A stretch of 64,000 nt of DNA from the NCBI RefSeq assembly GCF_036321535.1, contig NC_087436.1, forward strand, positions 115,074,001 through 115,138,000, read 5' to 3'. Below, in pieces: positions 1-12,170 of this stretch. The notes below the pieces were generated by a model that saw nothing but the letters and a program-made list of their open reading frames with translations, did no database searches and was not told the DNA's origin. Both the position numbers and the translations under genes were made by a program. The stretch comes from Camelus dromedarius (lineage: Eukaryota). Numbering within the stretch: position 1 is the first letter of the stretch; each line of letters opens with the position of its first letter.

Positions 1-1
1 C

Positions 2-127
2 ACTGTGTTGGATTTCCTGTGGAAAAGGATCAGTTTGCTTATTAATATGTGGCTTCATAACCACAAGGATTGGTTAGAAATTTTAAGAAAACAGAAAGGC
101 ATTTTGTCTACTTACATCTCTTTGCTT
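2..127 (+). pseudogene. Candidate exon remnant: C-terminal half of first C2 domain
   Basis: Frame from nt 2 reads TVLDFLWKRISLLINMWLHNHKDWLEILRKQKGILSTYISLL*, resembling the C2 end pattern DF(L/I)G...I.L..L....W..L....G.L...I.L. Boundaries not resolvable. Confidence 0.4.
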
Positions 128-480
128 TAAAATATTGTGGGCATTCTGAGGACTTCATAAACACTGAATCTTAAGAACCCACTAAGAATACTCGCACAAG
201 GCCAAGTTCAGTTTTATGTCTGTATGGCATCTACCATATGCAGGGGTTTTCAAGAAACACTCCAACGTTTTCATAAAAGAACCCCTGATGCCTGAATATT
301 AGGAATGCATTTCTGTACCAGGATGTGGTCATCGGTGAAGACAAAAAATGTTTTTACTGAATTTTTGTGAATTCATTTTCCCTCCTTTCTTTTTTTTTGG
401 TAAATTTTATGTAACCTTAAACTGTTCCATGTTTTTAAACACTCAGTTAAAACATCGGATCTGACATTATTTATTTTAAG

Positions 481-626
481 GATTCACATAATCCAGTAGT
501 GAGAGGCAGGAGCTACTGTGTGGCATCTTGGAATTAGCATGAAAAAACAGAGCAAGTGCTTTGAATAGTAGAGCAAATATATAATGAACTCTTCAGTTGA
601 GAGGAAAATTGGTGTGACCCCTCACA
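481..626 (+). pseudogene. Candidate exon: N-terminal half of second C2 domain, 3 in-frame stops
   Basis: Acceptor ttattttaag|G at 480/481, donor CA|gtaagt at 626/627. Reads DSHNPVVRGRSYCVASWN*HEKTEQVL*IVEQIYNELFS*EENWCDPS with stops at 535, 562, 598. C2-like SYCV...KT..V.....YNE.F. Confidence 0.6.
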
Positions 627-699
627 GTAAGTTCTTGTGGGAAAGTGGAACTCATTTTTTTAAACTACAACAAAAACTTTTTTGGGGGGATTTTTGGTT

Positions 700-1680
700 G
701 ACGTTATATTGAATCTACACATTAACCCAGGAGAGAAGCGTCATCTTTACAATATTGAACTTTCTAGTCTGTGAACATAATACATATTTCAATTTATTTT
801 GATATTCTGTAATGTCTCAATAGAATCTTATTTGTCATTTTGAAGAAAGTTTGTATCTTTTATTGGCTTTATTTATATATACTTGATATTTCTGTTGCTA
901 TTGAAAGTAGTATCTTTTAAATATTTTATTTTCTTCCCTTTGTTGTCAATATAGAGAAATTAAAATTAAGCTGATTTTTTCCAAAATAATTTTAAAATCC
1001 AGAGATCTTTCATAAAATTTCCTATTTGTAATGAATTATCTGTATATTTATTAGGATTATCAGTGCACCCAAACACACCACTGGCAAATACTAAGTTTTG
1101 TTCCTTTATTTCTAGTCCATGTGCTTTTTTCTTCTTTTTGCCCTATGATATAGCTTGTACTCCAGAACAATATTGAAAAGTAGTAGTATAACAGACAGCC
1201 TTTTCTTGTTCCCAGTCCCAGAAGAAAGGCTTTCTCTATTTCACCACTGTCTATTGTGTTTGACACAGATGCTTGTCTGTTTTATCTACGTTTTTATACT
1301 ACTTATTTGCTCATAAGAACTTTTAATTTTTAATGTATTCCAGATCTGTGCTGCTGTTTCCTTTTCAGTCTTGATGTCAATTTTTTGTGCCTTCTCTCTT
1401 CTTTTGATCAGTCTCACCAGAGTGTTTTTTATCAATTTTATTAGAATTTTCAGAGGACCAATTTTAGTTTTGCTCATAGTTCCTGTTGTATTTTTTTCTA
1501 CCTCTGCTCTTCTCTTTTCTTTACTTCCATCAATTCTCTTTCTGCTTATTTTGCTGTTATTTTACAGATATGTGCATCAGAAGCTGTGCATTTCCCTAGG
1601 AATACTGTTTTTGCCTGCATCCCACAAGTCTTGATATATATTATTATCATTTTGCTCAAAATATTATATAAATTCCCTCA
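700..1680 (-). mobile_element. Ancient LINE-1 (L1M) ORF2 fragment
   Basis: T-rich, decayed antisense ORF2 motifs such as ttgaatcta...catctttacaatattga...catgaacat-like. Confidence 0.75.
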
Positions 1681-1699
1681 TGACTTTGTTTTTATTTTT

Positions 1700-3245
1700 T
1701 TTTTTTACTGAGATACAATTGACGTATACCATTACATTAGTTTCAGGTGTGCAACACAATGATTCAATATCTGTGTATATTGCAAAGTGATAACCACAGT
1801 AAGTCTAGTTAACATCCATCACCACACGCAGTGGCAATTTTTTTATGATAAGAATTTTTAAGATTTACTCTTAGTAGTTTTAAAATACGCAATAGATTAT
1901 TATTTTTTAAAATTATTATTGTTCTATCCAATTTGTTTTATTTTTAATTGAAGTATAATTGATTCACAATATACATTTGTTTCAGGTATTCAGCACAGTC
2001 ATTTTTATTAGTATTAGTATTTTTGTCAACTATACTCCATCAAAAGTTATTACACAATAATGGCTATAATTCCCTGTGCTGTACAATATATCCTTGTTGC
2101 TTATCTATTTTATACATAGTATAAAATCTCAATACCCTTATTTTTTCCCTCCCTCCTTTCCTCTCCCCACTGGTAACCACTAGTTCATTTTTTATATCTG
2201 TGAGTCTCTTTCTGATTTGCTATATACATTTGTTTGTTTTATTTTTCAGATTCCACATATAAGTGATGTACAGATTTGTCTTTCTCTGACTTTTTTCACT
2301 AACATAATATTCTCTAGGTCCATCCACATTGCTGCAAATGACATACTTTCATTCTTTTTTAACACTGGGTAATATTACTTTTTACATATATACCACATTT
2401 TCTTTGTCCATTCATCTGTTGATGGACACTTGGCTTACTTCCATATCTTGACTACTATGAACAGTGCTGCTATGAACACTGTTGGTGGAAATGTCAATTG
2501 GTGCAGCCACTATGGAAAACAGTATGGATGCTCCTCAAAAAGCTAAACACAGAACTATTATGTGATTGAGCAATTCCACTCCTGGGTGTATATCTGGGAA
2601 AAATAAACAAACAAACAAAAAAATGAATTTTAAAAGATACACATAATTCTGTGTTATTAATATAAGTTGCCACACTACACATTACATCCCTAGGACTTAT
2701 TTATTTTTTAACTGGAAATTTGTAACTTTTGACCACCTTCATCCATTTCACCCCATCCATTTCTCCCACTCTCCACCTTCACCTCTGACAACCACCAATC
2801 TGTTCTCTGCATCTATGAGGTTTTTTTTTATTTTTTTAGATTCCACATATAACTGAGATCATCCAGTACTTGTCTTTCTCTGTCTGATTCATTTCACTTA
2901 GCATCATGCCCTCAAGTTGCATCTTCGTTGTTGCAAATGGCAAGATAATCCTTCTTTCTTATTACAGAATAATATTTCATTCTATATAATATATGCATAC
3001 ATTAAATATATTCTTGGCTATTCTAAATAATGCTGCAGTGAACATGGGAGTGCAAATATCTTTTTGAGTTAATGTTTTCATTGCCTTTGGAAAAATATCC
3101 GAAAGTGGAATTGCTGGATCATATGGTAGTTCTAATTTTATGTTTTTGTAAAAAACTCCATATGGTTTCCCATAGTGGCTACACCACTGTTGGTGGGTGC
3201 CCTGTTGGTTGTACACCCACAAACAGTGCATGAGAGTTCCCAAAA
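1700..3245 (-). mobile_element. L1MA-type (L1MA9-like) 3' end, interrupted at about 1895-2650
   Basis: Antisense 3' end gtgataaccacagtaagtctagttaacatccatcacc resumes at about 2650 with ttacatccctaggacttatt...tttgaccacc and runs into the ORF2 end. Confidence 0.8.
1930..2645 (-). mobile_element. Cetartiodactyl LINE-1 with 5' inversion
   Basis: 1930-2480 antisense 3' end. 2476-2645 is the adjacent upstream L1 segment in sense orientation. Confidence 0.85.
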
Positions 3246-3249
3246 TCAT

Positions 3250-3830
3250 CTTTTTCAATTGAAGTATAGTCAGTTACAATGTGTCAATCTCTGGTGTACA
3301 GCATAATGTCCCAGTCATGCATATATATACACACATATATTCATTTTCATATTCTTTTTCATTAAATGTTATTATAAGATATTGAATATAGTTCCTTGTG
3401 CTATACAGAAGAAACTTGTTTTTTATGTTTTTATATATAGTGGTTATCATTTGCAATCTCAAACTCCTGAATTTATCCCTTCCCACTCCCTCTTCCCCTG
3501 GCAACTATAAGTTTATTTACTATGTCTAAATCTGTTTCAGTTTTGTAGATGAGTTCATAGTGTCCTCTTTTTTTTTTCTTTATATTAGATTCCACATATG
3601 AGTGATATCACATGGTATTTTTCTTTCTCTTTCTGGCTTACTTCACTTAGAATGACAATCTCCAGTTCCATCCATGTTGCTGCAAATGGCATTCTTTTAT
3701 TTTTTATTGCTGAGTAGTATTCCATTGTATAAATATGCCACAACTTCTTTATCCAGTCATCTGCTGATGGACATTTAGGTTTCTTCCATGTCTTGACTAT
3801 GCTGCTATGAACATTGGGGTCCATGTATCT
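3250..3830 (-). mobile_element. Young camelid-type LINE-1 3' end
   Basis: aattgaagtatagtcagttacaatgtgtcaatctctggtgtacagc 3' end and ORF2 C-terminus (KLWHIYTMEYYSAIK). Imperfect TSD 3237-3255 / 3830-3847. Confidence 0.9.
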
Positions 3831-3879
3831 TCCAAGATTCATTTTTTAAGCTAAAGATACTTTATATCAATGCATCTAT

Positions 3880-4210
3880 CTTTTGTTCAGCATTTTGCAT
3901 TTTGCAAAGGTCTTTCAAACCCACCATCTCAATTTAACTTTCATAACAGCTTCATGAGATGGGTGGGGCAGGAAGTTATCGATTCTGTGAAGAGAGAAAC
4001 TGATCCTCAGGGACGATGTGGTAAGCCCTGTATCATGCAGTTGGCATGTGGAAGGACTTGCACTCAAACCCTGTGCTTTACAATGCTGATTCTGATAATC
4101 CTTCTACCTGAAAGTAATGAGTTTTATAATTTATGATCTTTTTCTTGGTTTTAAACAAAAGGAGTTAATAATTACTATATATTATATAATACACCATTTA
4201 GTGTTCTATG

Positions 4211-4247
<37 letters not shown>

Positions 4248-4445
4248 TAATTTGTCTAGTTTTCACACCAAAAAACTTTGTGTGGTTATCATCATCATCT
4301 ACATTATTGATGAAGACATGAGGCATAAGGGGTTTAAGTGATATAAACAAGTTAAAACAATCATTAAAAGGGCAAATTTGGGATTCAAACCCAGAATGTT
4401 TGGCTCCCTAGTTGATGCCTTTAACCATTACACCACATAGCCTTC
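3880..4445 (-). mobile_element. Two MIR SINEs flanking a (TA)n at 4213-4244
   Basis: gaaactga...cagg and ggattcaaacccag...ctttaaccattacacc cores. Confidence 0.7.
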
Positions 4446-5399
4446 TTGACAATTGGCTGCCAATTTTAGTCTTAAAGATGCCCTACTCTATGTAAAGAGC
4501 ACCATGTCTTTGTTCTCTACACTCATACTCTCTTCACGTTCTAGGATACTAAACCTACAAGGACATCCTAGTGTTCTGCAGTGCTCTTACTTTATACAGC
4601 AAGTTGCTCGTTCCGAAATAAAATCCTGGTTGGTTATTTCTTAGATTCTGAATCTCCAAATATTTTCTTTCTTCTTCCTTTAAAGGTCTGGGGTGGGGAG
4701 TGCAGAATTCCTAGGGATCTATTATCTCTTTTTCCCCCCAGAATTCAAGACTCTAGTCAGGCCTCACTGATGCACAGTTCCCTTTTATGTTAGTTTCTCC
4801 AAGTGGCACTCTGATCCTGCCTAGTTCCCTTAAGTGGATGGCCCCCTATTGAGGATTTGCCTTCAGTCAAGCTGGAAGATTTAGGGGACCTCAAAAGTGA
4901 ACTCTGGTCACTGTCTTCCTCCCTATGTCCCGTGGATGGGGGGTACTCGACTAGCTTGGCCTCTCTGAGAAGCTGGGAGAAAAAAAGAGTGTGGGACTGA
5001 AAGAGTGTGGCTATTGTTTCACTCAGTTTTTACTGCTCCGTGAGGTCTGATGATCCTCCACAACTTTCAAGTAAATTCTTCATAAATATGTGTCAGGATT
5101 AAACCAGCTCCCTGCCCACCTCTCTAGTATCTCACTATACACCTTAAACAACTGCGGATTATCCATTCTTCCCAATTCCTGAATCCTTGTAAGAGTCAGT
5201 GCTTCCTTTCTGTTCACACTTCTCATTTCTCCTCTCCACCCCAAATCTTAGCATAATACCTCCTAGGTTCATCCATGTTGTTGCAAATAATTCAAGTCCT
5301 GCTTTTGTCTTCTTTAAAGCCATCCTGCAGGAATGAGCCAGTATTACTGTCATTTTCTGACAAGGCACAGAACTTATGATATGGCAGTAGAGTGAAGGG

Positions 5400-6720
5400 C
5401 TCACAGGAATCCTTCTGCAGAGAACTGGTTTAAAGTCTAGACACAGTATAAAAAACCAACTATTTAAAGGCACTGGAAAGTATCCAAGATCAGACAGAAG
5501 CCAGAAGAGAGTTTATACTTAAAAACAAAAACAAAACAAAAAACTTCAACAGGAAATGGTAATGATCGCAAGTTTGTGGCTTTGTGTTGTAGGACACTCA
5601 TCATAAGTTGGCAGCAGAAACTCACAACCTTATTACTCAAGGTGTCAAAAAGCAGAATCTAATTCTGGAAGAGAACTGGGTCCAGTATATGACTATATAC
5701 TATGTGTGAATCCTTGTTTGATCATGCATGCTAGTGGTTAGACTGAGAGGACTCAATGCAAATGCAAGCAGAGACCTAGTAGAACTTATCCTTAAAAGAC
5801 AGAGCTGTACTGAGTGAGATTCATGAGTGTGCTGTTTTTTTTTTTTTTTCTAATGAATGCATTTTCCAAATCTGTAGCTTGCATGGCAAAAAGCTGAAGC
5901 CTATTGGCTTAACTGATCAGAGGACAGAGACCAAGACAAAGAGAGCCATTAGAAGAGGAATTTCCAGAATCAACCAAACTGTGAGAGGATAAACCCCAAA
6001 ACCTGAGTAGAAGCACTGCTCAAATACTTGATGATTACCAAATTATAAACATAAAGGAAGGAATGCAAGGAGACTGTGCTAAAATAGCAACAATTTGAAG
6101 CTGTAGGAAGTATGCAGAGATTTGAGCTGCCGCATATCATGGAAGAGACACACATCGCAGTTTGGGTCCAAGTTAACTATTTACTTACTAAATGAAAAAT
6201 AGTAACAATAATCAGAATAATACCACAGAAAGCTAAGTAGCTACACAGTAGTATCTGAGCTGTCTAGTTTTAAATGAAAGATTAGAAGATGTACATAGTG
6301 ACAATAAAGTGTGATCCATACTCAGGAAAAAAAGAATCAGTAGAAAGGACAATAAGCATGTTCATATGTTATATCTGGCAAGGACTTCAGATATACCATG
6401 ACTACATTAAAAAAATAAAGATAAAAGTTTCAAAGAATTAAAAGAAAGAATGGCTTTAATGAACAAACGAGAGAATTTGAATAGAGAAACCAAAATCTAT
6501 ATAAGTAAATGCATGGAAATCTACAGCTGAAAAGTACAAAAACAGAATGAAAAATTCACTAGACAGGCTAAAGGGAAGAAAATTTAGTGAACTTACAGAC
6601 AGATGAATAGAATTCCTCGGTCCAAAGAATAGAGAGGAAACAAGGCTAAAGTAGTTGTGTGTGCTTAAGGATATAACCATGAGAACAATGCCAGGTGTGT
6701 AAAAAGAGAATGAGCTGAAA
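5400..6720 (+). mobile_element. Ancient LINE-1 5'UTR/ORF1 region
   Basis: A-rich decayed ORF1-like sequence (gaaaaattcactagacaggct...ttagtgaactt). Confidence 0.6.
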
Positions 6721-7039
6721 GGAAGGCACCTGAAAATGAGATGATGGGAAATGTGCTCTGCTGTGGAGTTGCCCACTTCTGATGGGTTAGAAAGGGCGCA
6801 GCTTCGCCAAGCTGTGGGGTACTGTCTACGCTTCTTACCAAGCTTCAGACTATTTAAGTTAGGAGCAGTTTGAACAAGTGCTCTGTGCAATTCAATAGCT
6901 TAGGAAGAAATAAGGCACTTTAAGTGCAAAGATATGGTAAGTAAATGACAGAGCTAATATTACTCAGTGTTGTACAATTGTTGAGTGTTTTTAAAATTGT
7001 GTTATTGCTGCCAACTTGACTTCTTTCCCGTATCCATGC

Positions 7040-7522
7040 TCTTTGCTTTTTAACCTTGCAGTACATCCACACCAGAGGAAGTGGGCTGGAGGGGTACATT
7101 TCTGCTCCTAATCTTGTCATGAGACTTGATCTGGCCAAGTAGATATTTGCAGAAAAGAAGCAAGCAAAGTTGTGAAAAGCGTTTGCATATTAAGCTTGTT
7201 GTCCCTGTGATTCCACCATTTTCTTGGGAAGAACGTGTCTGGGTGAGCTAGCCTCGGTTAATACTGGGGACCGGATGAAGGACATGTGATCAAAGCCGCA
7301 TCTGTTAAGCTGCCCTAGCCAAGTCTGAGCTCGGAGCAGAATGCCCCATCCGACTTTCAGAAGCAGGTGTTAGTCCAGCCGAAATCAAGAGTCACTGCAG
7401 TGAGTCCAGGTCAGCCAGCATGGTGCCATGCCATGCACCTGTAAATTGGAATGATAAACGCCTGTTGTTTTAAGCCACTAAGTTTTGACGTGATTTGTTT
7501 CACACAAATAGCTAACTGATAG
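7040..7522 (+). mobile_element. MaLR LTR (MLT1 family)
   Basis: Typical 3' end tgttgttttaagccactaagtttt...tttgtt...aatagctaactgata. Confidence 0.8.
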
Positions 7523-7602
7523 AATATTTTAAGGTTTCAAACATTGTGCTAGATACTTTACATATATTATCTTAACACTCAAAACATCCTGATAAATACT
7601 AC

Positions 7603-7605
<3 letters not shown>

Positions 7606-7652
<47 letters not shown>
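7606..7652. repeat. (TG)n microsatellite
   Basis: About 23 perfect TG units. Confidence 0.98.
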
Positions 7653-7654
<2 letters not shown>

Positions 7655-7806
7655 TTAAATTTCAACTGTATGTTTTCAGATAAGAAACAAGGACCTCAAA
7701 TGTTATTTTGCTGTTCAAAGTCACACAGCTACGGACAGAAGCCAGGATTCAAATGTAGGCAGCCCGTGTCACATATTATATGTACCTAAGAATTTGTGTC
7801 TGTTAG

Positions 7807-7979
7807 AGATTTTTCTATCTCCAAATTGTCAGGGTTACATGCTGAGAGAAGGAACTAAAAATAAACCATGCTGTAGGAATATAGAACATTTCAAAATATG
7901 TAATAACAAGAAACTTCTTTTTAATCTTTCTCCCTGCACACCACTGACATACACAAACGCCGTGATACAGATGCTCAAA
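7807..7979 (+). pseudogene. Possible exon remnant: second half of second C2 domain
   Basis: Open frame EIFLSPNCQGYMLREGTKNKPCCRNIEHFKICNNKKLLFNLSPCTPLTYTNAVIQMLK ending at AAA|gtaatg. Weak similarity and the start phase does not match the previous exon. Confidence 0.25.
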
Positions 7980-8794
7980 GTAATGAAACACCGACTTCCG
8001 TTCTTGCTTACGTTCAGAGTCAGATTGTGCCAGGAAAAACATATGCTTGCTGCCATGCATGGTTATTAGTTCCTGAACCTTCAGGATGCCTCCTGCTAAT
8101 TTATTTTCATCACTGGCGGTTTGAATTGTATCTCCCTCTTCCTCCCCTCCCCCCCTACCGCCCCTTTTTTCATCATTCAGCACCACTTACAAAAAATGAT
8201 AGAAAAAATTAAAAGCTCTCACTCCTGAAATTTCAGACATATGGTGGGGATTAAACAGATCCTATGGAGTTGAGAAACAGGGGAATTGAGCTCTTGACTG
8301 TTTCTACCCCCATGTATCTATAGGTTGTCAGGTAAGCCTTTTTACATCTCAGAGCCTTGGTTTTCTTCCTAGTGTAATGGGGTCACTGTCAGCTCTGGGA
8401 GCCTATGAAACCCATTTATTTCTTCATTCTTTCAAAACTTAATTATTGTCCACTAGCTCTGTGTCAGGTACAATACCACTTATGGGAGAAAGGAGAAGAA
8501 ACAAAATAAAATCCCTGCAAAATTTCTCAGTCTGGGACATAGGGATGGAGTCAATAAGTAAATAGTTACAGAAAAATGTAATAAATGCTCATTGTTCTTT
8601 TTGTTACAAAAACAATATATTTACCATAAACTAAAAACAATATGTTATTGAGGTTTCAAGTAAAGGATTTATTTTAAATACAGTCTTTTTATGTTAAGAG
8701 AATAGAACCAAAAAGTTTTCACTAAAAGAAACTTAGCACCTTTGACCATGTTTTCATCACAATTGATGACGTCTGCTTTTTCTCTCTTTTTAAA

Positions 8795-8854
8795 AAAATT
8801 TTAAATGTCGAAGGCCAAGTAATGCATTGATGTCTACAGCCCAGTTATATTCAT
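8795..8854 (+). pseudogene. Possible exon: start of third C2 domain
   Basis: Pyrimidine tract 8774-8791 with no AG left, then KILNVEGQVMH*CLQPSYIH and donor CAT|gtaggt. Phase 0 matches next exon. Confidence 0.3.
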
Positions 8855-9088
8855 GTAGGTGTATATATATATATATATATATATATACATTCTTGTATAT
8901 GTGTGTATACACACATTTATGTGTGTATGTAATCCACATAATAGGGGAAAAGTGACTTAGAAAAAGGCCAATACCAACTTTGGCTTTTGGGAGGAATGGA
9001 GAAATAAAACGGAGCACGACAAAGTCATTGTCTATCTGATAGCCACACAAGTATGTAAATACTAAGAGTGGTAATTTTTCTCTCTCAG

Positions 9089-9213
9089 TATTTTTGCCTT
9101 GTGGTATCCTTGGAGAAGCTGAAAAGACTATGGACTTAGTTTAGAAATCCTTTAATGAAAATCTACATTTTATTATAACTGCAAGTGACATCTGTATGAC
9201 ACTTGAATTAAAA
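9089..9213 (+). pseudogene. Candidate exon: core of third C2 domain with stop and frameshift
   Basis: Acceptor tttttctctctcag|. Frame 0 YFCLVVSLEKLKRLWT*FRNP, then shifted frame FNENLHFIITASDICMTLELK. Compare MCTP C2C as recalled: PFCVVELNNDRLLT...[23 protein letters not shown]. Possible donor AAA|gtaatc. Confidence 0.65.
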
Positions 9214-9299
9214 GTAATCTAGCAGTGACTAACAGAAAAAAACTAAGTGGCAATATTTTTAACAAGATTGAATTTTGTTCTCTTAAATGAACAAGAGTG

Positions 9300-9540
9300 G
9301 CTGGCAACTTTTAGCATTTGCTCTGTGCCAGGCACCTTTCTAAGTGCTTTCCCGTTGTTGATGTTTTTAATTGTTATAGAACTCTGTTGGACCTTTTTCA
9401 CCCCCATTTTGCAAATGAGGAATGTCAGACAAGAGCAGATAACTTTCCCAAGATTTCGCAGCAGCTGATGAGTGGTGGACACAACTTGAACACAGGCTAC
9501 CCAGCTCCAGAATCTGTGTTGCAGCTTGTTTTCACTCACT
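9300..9540 (-). mobile_element. MIR SINE
   Basis: tgtgccaggcac...cccattttgcaaatgaggaa...aactttcccaag. Confidence 0.8.
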
Positions 9541-9919
9541 GCCTGGCAGCCAGCCATCCCTGGTGATGTGGGAACTCCACAGACTCTTTCTAGACTGGTC
9601 CTTGTTTTCATGATGCAGCGTGGTCTCCACATTCTAGAAGCAGTAGAGAGGAAGAGGTGAAGACGAATAGTGGTGCAAGTAATTTTCCTTGTAAAATGGC
9701 TTCCGCTGTGCTGACATGTCTCCTTCCCACAGCCACCCACCTGCAGGGTAGCTTGGAAATGTGGTCTCCATTCTGAGCCCTGGCACCCAGGCTACAAATG
9801 CCTCGTGTCCGTGGAAGGAATAGGAATGGGTATTGGGTGACAATCTTTATTGTCTCTATTTCAGAAATAATTTTTATAAATGTTATACATATGTATTAAT
9901 GACTCTAAATTGTTTTCAG

Positions 9920-10134
9920 GTGTTTGGTTTAGAAAAAACATTATTTTCCTTGTGTGATGAAGGAGACAATCATTGTTTTAAGGGGAACACTGAGTGTTCA
10001 ATTCTAGTTCGGTCATCTAATTTATTTATGCTATTTTCTTTTTTTTTTTGTTAATGGAAAAACGGACTTCTGAGAGCCCAAACTCATATATAATCCTTGC
10101 TGTGAACCAGAAACGGAAGTGTCATTACAAGCCA
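9920..10134 (+). pseudogene. Two candidate exons ending third C2 domain (9920 to about 9985 and about 10057-10134)
   Basis: Acceptor tgttttcag| then VFGLEKTLFSLCDEGDNHCFK. After a T tract with a dead acceptor (aatg), GKTDF*EPKLIYNPCCEPETEVSLQA ends at CCA|gtgagt. LIYNP matches the MCTP2 C2C end as recalled (MDLIYNP). Confidence 0.55.
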
Positions 10135-10619
10135 GTGAGTTGACCACTCCAGATCTCTGTGAAAACTGTCATAAATAGTCAAATTGACAACAAATTATTA
10201 TGAGGTGGGCATGATATAAAATTTCCAGGAAAATGACTCTTTTAAAAGTGTCTGTCAGCATTTTCATGGGAAATTCTAATTATTTACTCATCATTCCCAA
10301 GTGGCTCACCGTTTGCAATAAAAATATTTGATGCATGTCCTCAATAGCTGTTTCTACAGCCCGTAAAATTTTAGGAGATTATAAATTTTTAAAAATGAAA
10401 TAACCTTTTTTGTTTATTTGTCTTTTCTAAATTTGTTTCAACTTACACAATGGAGTCAAAATAAAATTTCAAGTCATATGAAAATTTTAACTTCCATTCC
10501 TAAGATGCATGGAGTAAAAGATTATCAGGGAAGCAAAAACAGCATAGCATAGGATGACATTATAAATCACACACATACAAAATCACAATAATAAACATTA
10601 TTAATCTAAGGTATCCTGT

Positions 10620-12170
10620 CAGTGGGTTTTCATTTGCAGGATGAATTAAAAAATAAAATCAAGCAATATTTGGTTAGCAAAATAGATAAGATCAAAGTGG
10701 TTCAGAAAAATATTAAAAAATCAACAAAGTTCTATTTTCACTCAAGCTTAAAACAAAAGGAAAATAAAGGTGTCAATATTAAAGTCAGACAAATTAGAAT
10801 TAAATTAATGCTATTGAGAAATACTGCTATTAAATGAAGATGAAATATATTCTATTATGAAGTTCTGACCTCAATAAAGAGAAGTTTAACAGCACAAAAT
10901 TTGAACATGTGAATAAGCCATTTTAGAGACCTGAAAATAAATGGACAGGGATAGAACCGTAAAAGGAGGTTTTGCTTTCATGTGATTGGACAAAAGTAGC
11001 TAATAATACTAAACTGTTTCTACATGCCAGTCTTTTTTCTCCTCAAGCCATATATGAGTTAGTGCATGCATCTTCCCAATAAACTTATGAATAGATAATA
11101 AGTATGGTCAGTGGGAGAAGAAATTATACTGTTCATAATACTGAGCTAATAGTTTTCTAAGAAACTCTGTAGCTCATTGAGAAGAATTTTATTCACTTTT
11201 CAAATATGTAGACTGGATTATTTACAAAAGTTGACCACAGCAAAATTTCCATTTTTTCAATGGGTTGATATTTTATGTCACTTGACTATCAAATAATATG
11301 TTTAAGCCCCAAACAATAAACATTTAAAAAATAAAAAAACTGTCTCAAAAATGAAAGCTGGATCATATGGGTACAGAAAAATTGAAAATAATAAGTAGGG
11401 CATCATATTTTAAAACCAATATATGAGTAATTGATGGTTTGTTAGAGTAATTGGAGGTCATTTACTGTATTTATTTTATTATGAAATAAGGAAAAATAAG
11501 TTTTATTATTTAACTTATAACATTAGATTAAATAATGGGTCATACATTGTTAATGAAGTTGTAAAATGGTGTAGTATCTTTGAAAAACAGTTTGGCAGTT
11601 CTTTAAAATGTTACCATATGATCCAGTAATTCTACTCCTAGGTGTATACCCAAGATAATAAAAAATACACCACCAAGAACTTGTACATAAATGTTTATAA
11701 CAGCATTATACACAATAGTGGAAACAACCCAAATGTCCATTAAATGATGGGTGAATAAACACAATACTGTATATCCATACAATGGAATACTATTTGGTCA
11801 TAAAAAGGAATGAGGTATTAACACATGCTACAATGTGAATGAACCTTGAAAACATGCTATGTGAAAGAAGCCAGTTACAAAAGAGCAGATGTTGGATAGT
11901 TCCATTCCTCTGAAATGTCCAGAATTGGCGAATCCATGAGACAGAAAATATATTCGTATTTGCCCTGAGGTGGATGAGGAAAAGAAGAGAGAGACAATGG
12001 GGTATGACTGCCAACAGGTATAGGATTTTTTGGGGAGGATGTTGAAATGTTCTAAATTTAGACTGTAGTGATGGTTGTGCAACTCTGAAAATACACCAAA
12101 AAGTATTGATTTGTACGCTTTACATGGATGAATTCTATGGTATATAAATTATATCTCAATAGAGCTGATA
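10620..12170 (+). mobile_element. Decayed L1 ORF2 fragments followed by an L1MB-type 3' end (about 11545-12170)
   Basis: tatatccatacaatggaatactat...gaaccttgaaaacat...gtgatggttgtgcaactctg...aattatatctcaata. Confidence 0.8.

Noticed and set aside
2977..3842. ORFs with ELPYDPAIPL / TMEYYSAIK / FAATWMELE (also 25329, 34018, 51535)
   Set aside because: C-terminal remnants of truncated L1 ORF2, not host genes or active elements.
8945..9050. Exon-like segment ending CAA|gtatgt
   Set aside because: Would leave a 38-nt intron before the 9089 acceptor; weak acceptor and no MCTP-like motif.
10085..10115. NPCCEPET resembling an ADAM disintegrin motif
   Set aside because: No surrounding cysteine spacing; context fits LIYNP at a C2 domain end.
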